Assembly: GCA_036512025.1 (NCBI GenBank)
Contig: DATCBF010000178.1
Coordinates: 1-37,549 of the forward strand
Direction of reading: 5' to 3'
Source of the DNA: Solirubrobacterales bacterium
Lineage (GTDB): Bacteria; Actinomycetota; Thermoleophilia; Solirubrobacterales; 70-9
Length of the DNA: 37,549 nucleotides
The translations under genes were made by a program, and so were the position numbers. A model generated the notes under the pieces. It saw nothing but the letters and a program-made list of their open reading frames with translations, was not told the origin of the DNA and made no database searches. This document shows, in pieces, positions 1 to 8,861 of the stretch (its first letter is position 1; every line of letters begins with the position of its first letter).

Positions 1-61
1 TCCGCTTGACCAACAGCTTGCGGCTGTTCGGACAGGTGCGGGCGTTAGCGTGGATCTTCAT
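1..61 (-). CDS. First 20 codons of an IS481-family-like transposase / HTH protein; the gene runs off the left edge
   Basis: ATG at 61-59 is preceded by an AAGGAGAA SD (reverse complement of 67-74). The translation MKIHANARTCPNSRKLLVKR resembles the conserved HxNARxxPxxRxLLVxR N-terminus of IS481-type transposases. Only 20 aa are visible. Confidence 0.35.
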   Translation of the reverse strand, partial: MKIHANARTCPNSRKLLVKR

Positions 62-142
62 CCGGGTTCTCCTTTGGGGTGGGTGGCTCGCACCCCCAGC
101 CTTCAAGGAGGCCCGGATGAACAACGTTCTGAGGAACTACAC

Positions 143-1003
143 CTAGCCGAGGCTGGGGCGCATCTGGCGCAGCCTTTTGACCCGCTCCTCGATCGGAGGG
201 TGGGTCGAGAACAACCCGGCGATGCCCTTGCCCTTGAAGGGGGCGACGATGTAGAGCGGCTCGGCGGCCTGGTTGACTTTCATCGGCTTCGCCTTGGCGC
301 CTTCCTCAAGGCGCAGCAGGGCGCTGGCCAGGGACTCGGGGTTGCCGCAGATTTCAGCGCCGCCGGCGTCCGCCGCGTACTCGCGCTGGCGCGAGATCGC
401 GAGCTGGATGATCGTGGCCGAGATCGGAGCCAGCAGGAACATCGCCAGCGAGGCGACCAGGCCCAGCGGCGAGTTGTTGTCGTCGCCGAACCAGAGCATC
501 ATGTAGGCGAGGTAGGTGATCGCGGCGCCGATCGCCGAGGCGACCGACTGGATCAGGATGTCGTGGTTGCGGATGTGGGTCAGCTCGTGAGCGAGCACGC
601 CGCGCAGCTCGTCCTCGGAGAGCAGGCTGAGGATCCCGCGGGTAACCGCTACGGCAGAGTGCTTCGGATTGCGTCCAGTCGCGAAGGCGTTGGGCTGGTC
701 CTGGGGGATCACATAGAGGCGCGGCATCGGCAGCCCGGCACGGGTCGTCAGTTCGCGGACCGCCTCGTAGAGCTTCGGCGCTTCGGCTTCGGAGACAGGC
801 TTGGCCCGGCTCATTCCCAGCGCCAATTTGTCGCTGAAGAAGTAGGAGCCCAGGTTGATCAGCAGCGCGAAGCCGAGGAAGAGGGCTGCCGTGCTGGGCC
901 CGCCGATCAACGCCCCGATCACGACCAGCAGGCCCGAAAGCGATGCCAGCAGGATCGTGGTGCGGATCGTCGCCCCGAATGTCGACTGCTTGGTGGTGCT
1001 CAT
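143..1003 (-). CDS. htpX: Zinc metalloprotease HtpX (peptidase M48)
   Basis: 286 aa with N-terminal TM helices, the HELTHIRNHD (HExxH) motif and a C-terminal FSTHPPIEERV motif typical of HtpX. Confidence 0.9.
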   Translation of the reverse strand: MSTTKQSTFGATIRTTILLASLSGLLVVIGALIGGPSTAALFLGFALLINLGSYFFSDKLALGMSRAKPVSEAEAPKLYEAVRELTTRAGLPMPRLYVIPQDQPNAFATGRNPKHSAVAVTRGILSLLSEDELRGVLAHELTHIRNHDILIQSVASAIGAAITYLAYMMLWFGDDNNSPLGLVASLAMFLLAPISATIIQLAISRQREYAADAGGAEICGNPESLASALLRLEEGAKAKPMKVNQAAEPLYIVAPFKGKGIAGLFSTHPPIEERVKRLRQMRPSLG

Positions 1004-1095
1004 GCCGCGATTGCTCCTCCGTCGTTGTCAGCTGATTATGGCGCAGCCGGACCTCGGACCACCATAACCGACCGCTTCAGTAGGATTTAGGTCAG

Positions 1096-1566
1096 ATGCT
1101 GTTCTCGACAAAAGCCGAGTACGGGGTGCGCCTGATGGTCGAGCTGGGCCGGCAGCCGGGGTCGACGCCGATCTCCCTCAGCTCCGTCGCCACGGCGGAG
1201 CGGCTGCCGCTCTCCTATCTCGAGCACCTGGTCGCGAAACTGCGCAAGGCCGGCCTCGTCACCTCGACCCGCGGCGCCCACGGCGGTTATTGCCTGGCGA
1301 AGCCGGCCGAGGAGATCTCGATGGATGCCGTGGTCGAGGCGCTGGAAGGCCAGATCGCCCCGATGGAGTGCTTTCACGAGACGCCGGAGGGCAAAGTGCT
1401 CTGCTCGCACGAGAGCGACGGCGATCGCGCCTGCGCGACAAAGCTTCTCTGGACACGCGTGCAGGGTGGCGTGACCAAGGCCCTCGCGGGCACGACGCTG
1501 GCCGAGCTGGTCGAATTCTCGAGCCCCCAGGGGCGCTCTGAGGCCGCCGTCGTCAGCGCCGCCTGA
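1096..1566 (+). CDS. Rrf2-family (IscR/SufR-like) transcriptional regulator
   Basis: The N-terminal STKAEYGVRLMVELG wHTH is typical of Rrf2. A Cys cluster (CFHE...C...C) follows. The gene sits directly upstream of sufC-sufS. Confidence 0.85.
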   Translation: MLFSTKAEYGVRLMVELGRQPGSTPISLSSVATAERLPLSYLEHLVAKLRKAGLVTSTRGAHGGYCLAKPAEEISMDAVVEALEGQIAPMECFHETPEGKVLCSHESDGDRACATKLLWTRVQGGVTKALAGTTLAELVEFSSPQGRSEAAVVSAA

Positions 1567-1598
1567 TCCGAACTTTTTAAACCAGAAACGGAGTCAAA

Positions 1599-2369
1599 TT
1601 GGCTGAGCTGGAGATTCGTAACCTGCACGTGAGCGCCGAGGACAAGCAGATCCTGCGTGGGCTCGACCTCGACGTCGAGAAGGGCAAGGTCCATGCCCTG
1701 ATGGGCCCGAACGGGTCCGGCAAGTCGACCCTCGCCAACGCGATCATGGGCCACCCCGCGCTCGAGGTGACCGAGGGCTCGATCACCTTCAAGGGCGAGG
1801 ACATCACCGAGGCCGATCCCGACGTGCGCTCGCAGGCGGGCCTCTTCATGGCCTTCCAGTACCCGGTCGCGATCCCCGGCGTCTCGGTCAGCAAGTACCT
1901 GCGGATGATCATCAACGCCCGTCGCGAGGCCAAGGGCGAAGACGCGATCAAGATCAAAGACTTCGCCAAAGTCGCCCAGGAGGCGATGGCGCTAGCCAAC
2001 ATCCCCAAAGACTTCTCCAGCCGCTACCTCAACGACGGCTTCTCAGGTGGCGAGAAGAAGCGGATGGAGCTGCTGCAGCTGGCGCTGCTGCGACCGGAGA
2101 TCGCGGTCCTCGACGAGACCGACTCCGGCCTCGACATCGACGCCCTGCGGGTCGTCGCCGAAGGCGTCAACAAGTTCTCCGGCCCCGACATGGGCGTCCT
2201 GATCATCACCCACTACCAGCGCATCCTGCACATGGTCAAGCCCGATTCCGTCCACGTCATGTTCGAGGGGCGGATCGTCAAAGAGGGCGGCCCGGAGCTA
2301 GTCGGGGTGCTGGAGGAGAAGGGCTACGGCTGGATCCGCGAGGAGGTCGAGGCGGGCGCTTCCGCCTAG
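1599..2369 (+). CDS. sufC: Fe-S cluster assembly ATPase SufC
   Basis: LEIRNLHV start, Walker A GPNGSGKST, ABC signature FSGGEKKR and Walker B AVLDETDSGLD. TTG start with an upstream GGAG. Confidence 0.95.
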   Translation: MAELEIRNLHVSAEDKQILRGLDLDVEKGKVHALMGPNGSGKSTLANAIMGHPALEVTEGSITFKGEDITEADPDVRSQAGLFMAFQYPVAIPGVSVSKYLRMIINARREAKGEDAIKIKDFAKVAQEAMALANIPKDFSSRYLNDGFSGGEKKRMELLQLALLRPEIAVLDETDSGLDIDALRVVAEGVNKFSGPDMGVLIITHYQRILHMVKPDSVHVMFEGRIVKEGGPELVGVLEEKGYGWIREEVEAGASA

Positions 2370-2374
2370 CCTCG

Positions 2375-3646
2375 ATGCGCATGGAGCCGGCGACGACCAA
2401 GAGCGAGGCGCCGGCGCCGGCTTTCCCGATCGAGAAGGTGCGCGAGTCGTTCCCGGCGCTGGCTCGCGAGGTCCACGGGCAGCCGGTCGCCTACCTCGAC
2501 AGCGGCGCCAGCGCCCAGCGGGTGCTGGCCTCGATTCAGGCGGTCGACCGCTACGAGCGCCGCCACCACTCCAACGTCCACCGCGGCTCCCACACCCTCT
2601 CGGCCGAGGCGACGGTCGCCTACGAGGGAGCACGGGCCACGGTCGCCGACCACCTCGGCGCCTCCGACCGGCGCGAGATCGCCTTCGTCCGCAACGCGAC
2701 CGAGGCGATCAACCTGGTCGCGCGCGCCTGGGGCGACGCCAATGTCGGCGCCGGCGATCGCATCGTCCTGACCGAGATGGAGCACCACTCCAACATTGTT
2801 CCCTGGCAGCAGCTGGCCGAGCGGGCCGGGGCCGAGATCGACTGGGCGCCGATCGGCGACGAGGGGCTGCTCGACATGGAGGCGTTGGCGGCGCTACTGG
2901 AACGAGGCCCGAAGCTGGTCGCCGTCACCCACGTCTCCAATGTGCTCGGGACCGAAAACCCGATCGCTGAGATCTCCCGCCTCGCCCACGAGGCCGGCGC
3001 CCTGGTCCTGGTCGATGGCGCCCAGGCGGCGCCGAAGATGCCGGTCGATGTCGCCGAGCTCGGGGTCGACTTCTACGCGCTGACCGGCCACAAGCTCTAC
3101 GGCCCGACCGGGATCGGCGCGCTCTGGGGGCGGCTGGAGCTGCTCAAGGCGATGCCTCCCTTCCTCGGTGGCGGCTCGATGATCCGCAAGGTCACCCGCA
3201 CCGGCACGACCTACGCCGACCCGCCCGCCCGCTTCGAGGCGGGAACGCCGGCGATCGCCCAGGCGATCGGAATGGCGTCGGCGCTGCGCTGGCTCGACGG
3301 CCTCGGCATGGAGAGCGTCCTCGCCCATGAGCGCAAGATCACCGACTACGCCCTCGAGCGCGTCGCCGACGTGCCCGGCCTGCGCGTCTTCGGCCCACCC
3401 CGAGGCCCGCAGCGGGTCGGCCCGGTCTCCTTCGAGCTCGAGGGAGTCCACGCCCACGACGTCTCCGAGATCCTCGACCGCCATGGCGTGGCGGTCCGTG
3501 CCGGCCACCATTGCGCCCAGATCTTGATGGACCGCCTCGGCGTCTCGGCCACAGCCCGCGCCAGCTTCGGCGTCTACACGACGCCAGAGGAAATCGACCG
3601 CCTCGTCGCGGGCCTCCACGACGCCCGCAAGGTCTTCGGGCTCTAG
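2375..3646 (+). CDS. sufS: Cysteine desulfurase SufS (group II, PLP-dependent)
   Basis: 423 aa with HSNVHRG, the PLP-lysine context TGHKLYGPTGIG and the catalytic-Cys motif RAGHHCAQ. Confidence 0.95.
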   Translation: MRMEPATTKSEAPAPAFPIEKVRESFPALAREVHGQPVAYLDSGASAQRVLASIQAVDRYERRHHSNVHRGSHTLSAEATVAYEGARATVADHLGASDRREIAFVRNATEAINLVARAWGDANVGAGDRIVLTEMEHHSNIVPWQQLAERAGAEIDWAPIGDEGLLDMEALAALLERGPKLVAVTHVSNVLGTENPIAEISRLAHEAGALVLVDGAQAAPKMPVDVAELGVDFYALTGHKLYGPTGIGALWGRLELLKAMPPFLGGGSMIRKVTRTGTTYADPPARFEAGTPAIAQAIGMASALRWLDGLGMESVLAHERKITDYALERVADVPGLRVFGPPRGPQRVGPVSFELEGVHAHDVSEILDRHGVAVRAGHHCAQILMDRLGVSATARASFGVYTTPEEIDRLVAGLHDARKVFGL

Positions 3647-3664
3647 AGACGGCCCTTCAGGCCC

Positions 3665-4057
3665 TCAGTCGACAACCGCGACTTTTGAGGTAGCCGGGCC
3701 ACAGGCGATGCCAAGGGCAGCGCTCCCGTAGCGGGGAGCCCTGGAGTAGTAGACGCCGGAGGTCAGTTTGCGGCCGATCGGCACCTGCCAGTAGCCATCG
3801 CCCTCGCTGCGTTCGCTGCCGAGCAGCTTGTCGGGCCCGGGGGTTTCACGGTAGACCTTGACCGGGCGTTCTGCGATGCAGAACTTGTTGCTCGAGTGCA
3901 GCCTGCCGTGAAAGGCGGGGAACTTTTCGCTGATGAAGATGCTGGTCGGGTAGGAGGTCAGGCCGCTCTTCGCCGAAGCGGAGACGGCGAGCCCGGCAAG
4001 GGCCACGCATGCCAGAGCGAGGATCGAGATAAGGGGACGAGAGCGGACGGCGGGCAT
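3665..4057 (-). CDS. Secreted hypothetical protein inserted between sufS and sufU
   Basis: 130 aa with a clear signal peptide (RPLISILALACVALAGLAVSASA). No recognisable family. Confidence 0.55.
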   Translation of the reverse strand: MPAVRSRPLISILALACVALAGLAVSASAKSGLTSYPTSIFISEKFPAFHGRLHSSNKFCIAERPVKVYRETPGPDKLLGSERSEGDGYWQVPIGRKLTSGVYYSRAPRYGSAALGIACGPATSKVAVVD

Positions 4058-4174
4058 GCGACCTCCAGTCGAAGTTGGCTGGCAACCACTTTAGAGCCAG
4101 CGGACCGCACTGTTCCTTTATCCGCACGTGGTGAGGAGAATGAACAGCGGAGCGCTTTCGCTAGCCTCGGAGAG

Positions 4175-4600
4175 GTGGACGAGCTCTATCGCGACCAGAT
4201 CCTCGAGCACTACAAGCGGCCCCACAACTTCGGGCGCCTGGACCAGCCTGACCTGGAGTTCGAGGACACCAACCCGTTCTGCGGCGACGAGCAGCATGTG
4301 ATGCTGCGCCTGGACGAGGATGGGCGGGTGGCCGAGGTCGCCTTCGAGGGCAAAGGCTGCGCGATCTCGACCGCGGCCACCTCGCTGCTGACCGACGAGC
4401 TGATCGGCAAAACGCGTGAGGAGCTGCTGCGGCTGCCGAAGGAGTACGTGCTGGAGCTGCTCGGGATCGAGATCTCGGCGACGCGGATGAAGTGCGCGAT
4501 GCTGGGACTGAAGATCGTCAAGAGCGCCGGCCTCGGCGAGCCCGCCGAATGGGAGGACGAGGGCGAGACCGGCGACCCGGCCGAGGCGACGACGCTCTAA
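4175..4600 (+). CDS. sufU: SufU/IscU-like Fe-S scaffold / sulfur acceptor
   Basis: LYRDQILEHYKRPHNFG, NPFCGD, GKGCAIS and RMKCAML are the conserved Cys-containing motifs of SufU. I chose the in-frame GTG at 4175. The longer ORF from 3896 overlaps the opposite-strand secreted protein and has no homology, so the start is uncertain. Confidence 0.8.
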   Translation: MDELYRDQILEHYKRPHNFGRLDQPDLEFEDTNPFCGDEQHVMLRLDEDGRVAEVAFEGKGCAISTAATSLLTDELIGKTREELLRLPKEYVLELLGIEISATRMKCAMLGLKIVKSAGLGEPAEWEDEGETGDPAEATTL

Positions 4601-4616
4601 CCCGGGAGCCGCCTGG

Positions 4617-5408
4617 TCAGGCGGTTGCCTCGTCTGACATCTGGATCACGGCGAAGCTCGCCCCGTGAGGATCGGTGAGGATCGCGAAGCGCCCGGCGGG
4701 GATATCGATCGGCTCGACCATGACGCTGCCACCCCGCTGCTTAGCCTGATCGACCGTCGCATCGGTGTCCTCAACGGCGAAGTAGAGCTGCCAGTGGGCG
4801 GGAACCTGCTCGGGGACGCCGCGCCCGGCCATGTCCAGCATGCCGCCGACCGGGCCGTCGCCGAGGTTGATCGTGGTGTAGGAGCCCATCTCCCCCATGT
4901 CTTCGTCCTCGAAGGACCAGCCGAAGACGGCTCCGTAGAAGGCCTTCGCCGCCTCCGGGTCGCGGGTGTTGAGCTCGTTCCAGGCGAGGGCGCCAGGCTC
5001 GTTGACGAGGCCGGCGCCGGGAAACGTGCCCGGCTGCCAGATCCCAAAGAAGGCGCCGGTCGGGTCGGTGAAGACCGCCATCCGGCCCAGATCCATCACG
5101 TCCATCGGCTCGGCGATCACGTTGCCGCCGGCCTCCTTGACCGCCGCTGCGGTCGCGTCGGCGTCAGCGACCGAGACATAGGTCGACCAGGCCGGCGGCT
5201 GGCCCTCCTGCATCAGCGGCATCATCCCGGCGACCGGCTTGCCGTTCAGCATCGCCTGGCGGTAGCCACCGGTCTGCTCGGCGTTCTCGCTCTCCGGGAT
5301 GTCCCAGCCGAAAAGGCCGCCGTAGAACTCGACCGCGGCATCGATGTCGGGGGTGCCGAGGTCGACCCAGGACGGGGTCCCTGGCGCGTAGCTGGTCCTC
5401 TCGCTCAT
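4617..5408 (-). CDS. Two-domain VOC (glyoxalase/bleomycin-resistance/dioxygenase fold) protein
   Basis: Two internal repeats of the pattern FYGxxFGW...GGM...P..W..YF.V.D are present. ATG at 5408 has a GGAGAGGA SD; the upstream extension to 5522 has no support. Confidence 0.8.
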   Translation of the reverse strand: MSERTSYAPGTPSWVDLGTPDIDAAVEFYGGLFGWDIPESENAEQTGGYRQAMLNGKPVAGMMPLMQEGQPPAWSTYVSVADADATAAAVKEAGGNVIAEPMDVMDLGRMAVFTDPTGAFFGIWQPGTFPGAGLVNEPGALAWNELNTRDPEAAKAFYGAVFGWSFEDEDMGEMGSYTTINLGDGPVGGMLDMAGRGVPEQVPAHWQLYFAVEDTDATVDQAKQRGGSVMVEPIDIPAGRFAILTDPHGASFAVIQMSDEATA

Positions 5409-5495
5409 CGCAACATCCTCTCCTCGAAGGTCGTCGTCCCTCGATCCTCTCACCTTCGCGGCGGCGCGGGTCAAGCCCCTGTTATCGACTGAATT

Positions 5496-5528
5496 CGCGT
5501 TTTGTTGCGTGTGGCGAGACAAAGCGCG
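5496..5528. promoter_or_regulatory. Imperfect inverted repeat upstream of Rieske-sufB-sufD
   Basis: CGCGTTTTGT (5496-5505) and ACAAAGCGCG (5519-5528) match at 9/10 complementary positions with a 13-nt spacer. They lie in the 212-bp divergent intergenic region. Confidence 0.3.
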
Positions 5529-5620
5529 AACTCACGAGTTGGCCCGCCCGCTAAAATCCGACCCTAGAAGTAGGATTAAGTCTCAACCAGCACTAGCCAC
5601 CAGCTCAGGAGCCTCATCCC

Positions 5621-5950
5621 TTGCCAGAGACCGCCGGAACATCGATCCCCGTCTGCCCCGCCGCCGAGCTTTCGCCCGGCGCTATGCGTCTCGTCGAGCA
5701 CGACGGGCGCAAAATCGGCGTCTTTAACTGCGAGGGCGCTCTTTACGCGATCGAGGATCGCTGCTCCCATGACGACGGGCCGCTGGCCGAGGGCGAGTTC
5801 GATGCCTCCGCCTGCACCGTCGAGTGCCCCCGTCACGGCTCCCTCTTCGACCTGACCACCGGCAGGCCGAAGACCCTCCCCGCCTATGCTCCGGTGCAGA
5901 CGTTCCCGATAGCCATCGAGGACGACACAATCGTTTTGGAGGTCGAGTAG
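5621..5950 (+). CDS. Rieske [2Fe-2S] ferredoxin-like protein
   Basis: Carries the CSHDDGPL ... CPRHGSLF Rieske ligand motifs (CxH...CxxH). TTG start with AGGAG about 10 nt upstream. Ends 2 nt before sufB. Confidence 0.85.
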   Translation: MPETAGTSIPVCPAAELSPGAMRLVEHDGRKIGVFNCEGALYAIEDRCSHDDGPLAEGEFDASACTVECPRHGSLFDLTTGRPKTLPAYAPVQTFPIAIEDDTIVLEVE

Positions 5951-5952
5951 AC

Positions 5953-7386
5953 ATGGCCACACCTGAGGCCGTCGCAGAGCAGAAAAACCTTGCCGGAATC
6001 AACTCCGACTACAAGGAGAAGTTCGGCTTCCACGACTCCGAGTCCGGCTATGCCTACAAGGCCCCGAAGGGCCTCAGCCGCGAGATCGTCAAATCGATCT
6101 CCGACTACAAGGACGAGCCGCAGTGGATGCGCGATTTCCGGCTGAAGGCGCTGGAGCACTTCTACTCTCGCCCGACCCCGGCCTGGGGCGGCAATCTGGC
6201 CCAGATCGACTGGGACGACATCCATTACTTCGTGCGCGCCTCGGAGAAGAACAGCCGCGACTGGAGCGAGGTCCCCGAGGACATCAAAAACACCTTCGAC
6301 CGACTCGGCATCCCCGAGGCTGAGCGCAAATTCCTCTCCGGGGTCGGCGCCCAGTACGAGTCTGAGGTCGTCTACCACCAGGTAAACGAGAAGCTCGAGG
6401 CCCAGGGCGTGATCTTCACCGACATGGACACGGCCCTGCGCGAGCACGAGGATCTGGTCCGCGAGTACTGGGCGACGATCATCCCCGCCAACGACAACAA
6501 ACTGGCGGCGCTCAATTCCGCCGTCTGGTCCGGCGGCTCTTTCGTCTACGTGCCGGCCGGGGTCAAGGTCGAGATGCCGCTGCAGGCCTACTTCCGGATC
6601 AACACCGAGAACATGGGCCAGTTCGAGCGGACGCTGATCATCGCCGAGGAGGGCTCCGACGTCCACTACATCGAGGGCTGCACGGCGCCGGTCTACTCCA
6701 GCGACTCGCTGCACTCCGCGGTGGTCGAGATCGTCGCCAAGAAGAGCTCGCGGGTCCGCTACACGACGGTCCAGAACTGGTCGCAGAATGTCTTCAACCT
6801 CGTCACCAAGCGCGCCGTCGCGCACGAGAAGGCGACGATGGAGTGGGTCGACTGCAACCTCGGATCGAAACTGACGATGAAGTACCCGTCGATCTACCTG
6901 CTCGGCCCCGAAGCCCACGGCGAGATCCTCTCGATCGCCTTCGCCGGCGATGGCCAGCACCAGGATGCCGGTGGCAAGATCATCCACGCGGCGCCGCGGA
7001 CCAGCTCCTCGATCTTCTCCAAGTCGATTTCCAAGGACGGCGGCCGGGCGACCTACCGCGGCCTGCTGGAAATCGCCGACGGGGCGACCGAATCACGCTC
7101 CAAGGTCGTCTGCGACGCGCTCCTGCTCGACGAGGATTCGCGCTCGGACACCTACCCGACGATCCGGATCGACGAGAACGACGCCGACGTCGGCCACGAG
7201 GCGACCGTCTCCAAAATCGGCGACGAGCAGCTCTTCTACCTGCAGAGCCGCGGGCTCAGCGAGGAGGAGGCCTCGAAGATGATCGTCAACGGCTTCATCG
7301 AGCCGGTGACCAAGGAGCTGCCGATGGAGTACGCGGTCGAGCTCAACAGGCTCATAGAGCTGCAGATGGAGGGAAGCATTGGCTGA
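5953..7386 (+). CDS. sufB: Fe-S cluster assembly scaffold SufB
   Basis: 477 aa from the ATG at 5953 ([10 protein letters not shown]...). Long collinear match to SufB hallmarks (Yx[34 protein letters not shown]). The track ORF from 5824 overlaps the Rieske gene. Confidence 0.95.
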   Translation: MATPEAVAEQKNLAGINSDYKEKFGFHDSESGYAYKAPKGLSREIVKSISDYKDEPQWMRDFRLKALEHFYSRPTPAWGGNLAQIDWDDIHYFVRASEKNSRDWSEVPEDIKNTFDRLGIPEAERKFLSGVGAQYESEVVYHQVNEKLEAQGVIFTDMDTALREHEDLVREYWATIIPANDNKLAALNSAVWSGGSFVYVPAGVKVEMPLQAYFRINTENMGQFERTLIIAEEGSDVHYIEGCTAPVYSSDSLHSAVVEIVAKKSSRVRYTTVQNWSQNVFNLVTKRAVAHEKATMEWVDCNLGSKLTMKYPSIYLLGPEAHGEILSIAFAGDGQHQDAGGKIIHAAPRTSSSIFSKSISKDGGRATYRGLLEIADGATESRSKVVCDALLLDEDSRSDTYPTIRIDENDADVGHEATVSKIGDEQLFYLQSRGLSEEEASKMIVNGFIEPVTKELPMEYAVELNRLIELQMEGSIG

Positions 7387-8539
7387 GGTGGCGACCGAGG
7401 CGGCTTGGCTTTCCGAGAGGCGCCAGAGGGGCGCCTCTCTCGCGCAGGAACTGACTCTCCCCGACCACAAGTCGAAGGGCTGGGAATTCACCGACCTCTC
7501 CGGGCTCGAGATCGACGCTTACGAGGCCGGCGCCGCCAATGCCTCGATCGGGAGCGCCGAGGGAGCGACGGTGCTGCCGCTGAGCAAGGCGATCGAGTCG
7601 CACGGCGAACTGATCCACGAGCGCCTGGGAGCGCTGGTGCCGGCTGAGGACTTTTTCGTCGCCCGCAACGAGGCGGCCTGGCACGACGGCGTCCTCGTCC
7701 ACGTGCCGCGCGGGGTCAAGGTGAGCGAACCGATCCGGGTCGAGATTCCGCTCGATGAGAACGGCGTCGCCGTCAACTGGCGCACCCTGATCGTGCTCGA
7801 GGAGGGCGCCGAGGCCGAGATCTGGGAGCACTGCTCTTCCCCCGGCGACGAGATCGACGGCCTGCTCAACTCCGTCGTCGAGCTGCACGTGGGCCAGGCG
7901 GCGACGCTGCGCTACATCAGCACCCAGGATATCTCCGAGTCGGCCTGGATCTTCGCCAGCCAGCGGGCCGAGGTGCAGCGCGACGGGCGCCTCGACTGGA
8001 CCGCCCTCGGCTTCGGCTCCGCCCGCGGCAAGGTGCGGATGGAGACCAAGCTCGCCGGGCCGGGCTCCGAGGCCCGCGTCACCGGTGGCTACGCCGGCGG
8101 GCCGGGCCAGCACCTCGACTACGACACGACGCAGGAGCACTCGGCGCCGAACACCTTCTCCGACCTCGCCTTCCGCGGCGTCCTCGCCGCCAAATCGACG
8201 GCGGTCTGGCGCGGGATGATCAAGGTCGACCCCGGCGCCCAGCAGACCGACGCCTTCCAGGAGAGCCGCAACCTGCTGCTCTCCACCGAAGCCCACGCCG
8301 ACGCGATCCCGGGCCTGGAGATCCTCGCCGACGACGTCCGCTGCACCCACGCCGCGGCGATCGCCCAGATCGATCGCGAGCAGCTTTTTTACCTGACCTC
8401 GCGCGGGCTCAGCCCGGCCGAGGCGAAAGCGCTGATCATCGAGGGCTTCCTCGAGTCACTGGTCGAGCGGCTCGCCGTGGGGCCGGTGCGAGATGAGATC
8501 TCTGCTGCTCTTGAGACGCGCTTGGCCGAGATTCTTTAG
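7379..8539 (+). CDS. sufD: Fe-S cluster assembly protein SufD
   Basis: SufB/SufD-family beta-helix C-terminal motifs are present ([23 protein letters not shown]). It overlaps the sufB stop by 8 nt; a GTG at 7388 is an alternative start. Confidence 0.9.
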   Translation: MAEVATEAAWLSERRQRGASLAQELTLPDHKSKGWEFTDLSGLEIDAYEAGAANASIGSAEGATVLPLSKAIESHGELIHERLGALVPAEDFFVARNEAAWHDGVLVHVPRGVKVSEPIRVEIPLDENGVAVNWRTLIVLEEGAEAEIWEHCSSPGDEIDGLLNSVVELHVGQAATLRYISTQDISESAWIFASQRAEVQRDGRLDWTALGFGSARGKVRMETKLAGPGSEARVTGGYAGGPGQHLDYDTTQEHSAPNTFSDLAFRGVLAAKSTAVWRGMIKVDPGAQQTDAFQESRNLLLSTEAHADAIPGLEILADDVRCTHAAAIAQIDREQLFYLTSRGLSPAEAKALIIEGFLESLVERLAVGPVRDEISAALETRLAEIL

Positions 8540-8559
8540 GGACGGAGCGTTTCGGCAGC

Positions 8560-8630
8560 GGGCGCGGCGGGGAGGGGGCCTGCGGGCGGGCCAAACCGGG
8601 TCCGTTCTCGGCCCCCTCCCCGCCGCGCCC
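8560..8630. terminator. Perfect 21-bp inverted repeat (bidirectional terminator-like hairpin) between convergent sufD and the membrane-protein operon
   Basis: GGGCGCGGCGGGGAGGGGGCC (8560-8580) is the exact reverse complement of 8610-8630, with a 29-nt loop. No U-tract follows. Confidence 0.55.
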
Positions 8631-8648
8631 TCGGACAAAGCGGCCCGC

Positions 8649-8861
8649 TCAGGGTTCAGGGGCTTGAGGCTCCACCGGAGTGTCGGGACCATCGGGCCCG
8701 GGCCCTTGCTCGCTAGCTGCTTCGGCTCGGACCGCTCGCTTCTCCGAGATTGTGGTCTTGATGATCGAGGCGACGACTATCAGGACCGGGAGGACGTAGA
8801 GGATCCAGAGGTAGTGGCCTATGTGGGCGAGCGGGACCACTATCACCGCCGGGTCAGCCAC
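8649..8861 (-). CDS. Small single-TM protein with an acidic/Pro-rich tail
   Basis: 70 aa with one hydrophobic helix (YLWILYVLPVLIVVASII). The GTG start overlaps the stop of the upstream gene (GTGGCTGA). GC3-rich. Confidence 0.45.
   Translation of the reverse strand: MADPAVIVVPLAHIGHYLWILYVLPVLIVVASIIKTTISEKRAVRAEAASEQGPGPDGPDTPVEPQAPEP

Noticed and set aside
50-1090. 346-aa plus-strand ORF covering the htpX locus. Similar long antisense or off-frame ORFs occur at 5884-6987, 7352-8350, 8821-9693, 10445-12439, 11019-11918, 21388-22428 and 36075-37238.
   Set aside because: Their translations are Arg/Gly/Pro/Asp-rich low-complexity strings, typical of non-coding frames in high-G+C DNA. Each is fully overlapped by a gene with clear family motifs on the other strand or frame.
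1004-1095. TTATGG...CCATAA arms (20-nt spacer) as a possible Rrf2 operator between htpX and the regulator gene.
   Set aside because: The arms are only 6 bp with a long spacer, and there is no second copy upstream of the other suf units. This is too weak to report as a site.
3896-4174. N-terminal extension of the sufU ORF, and an out-of-frame ATG at 4140 with an adjacent GAGGAG.
   Set aside because: The extension overlaps the opposite-strand secreted-protein gene and has no SufU similarity. The 4140 ORF translates to Ser/Thr-rich nonsense over the sufU frame. The true sufU start remains uncertain.
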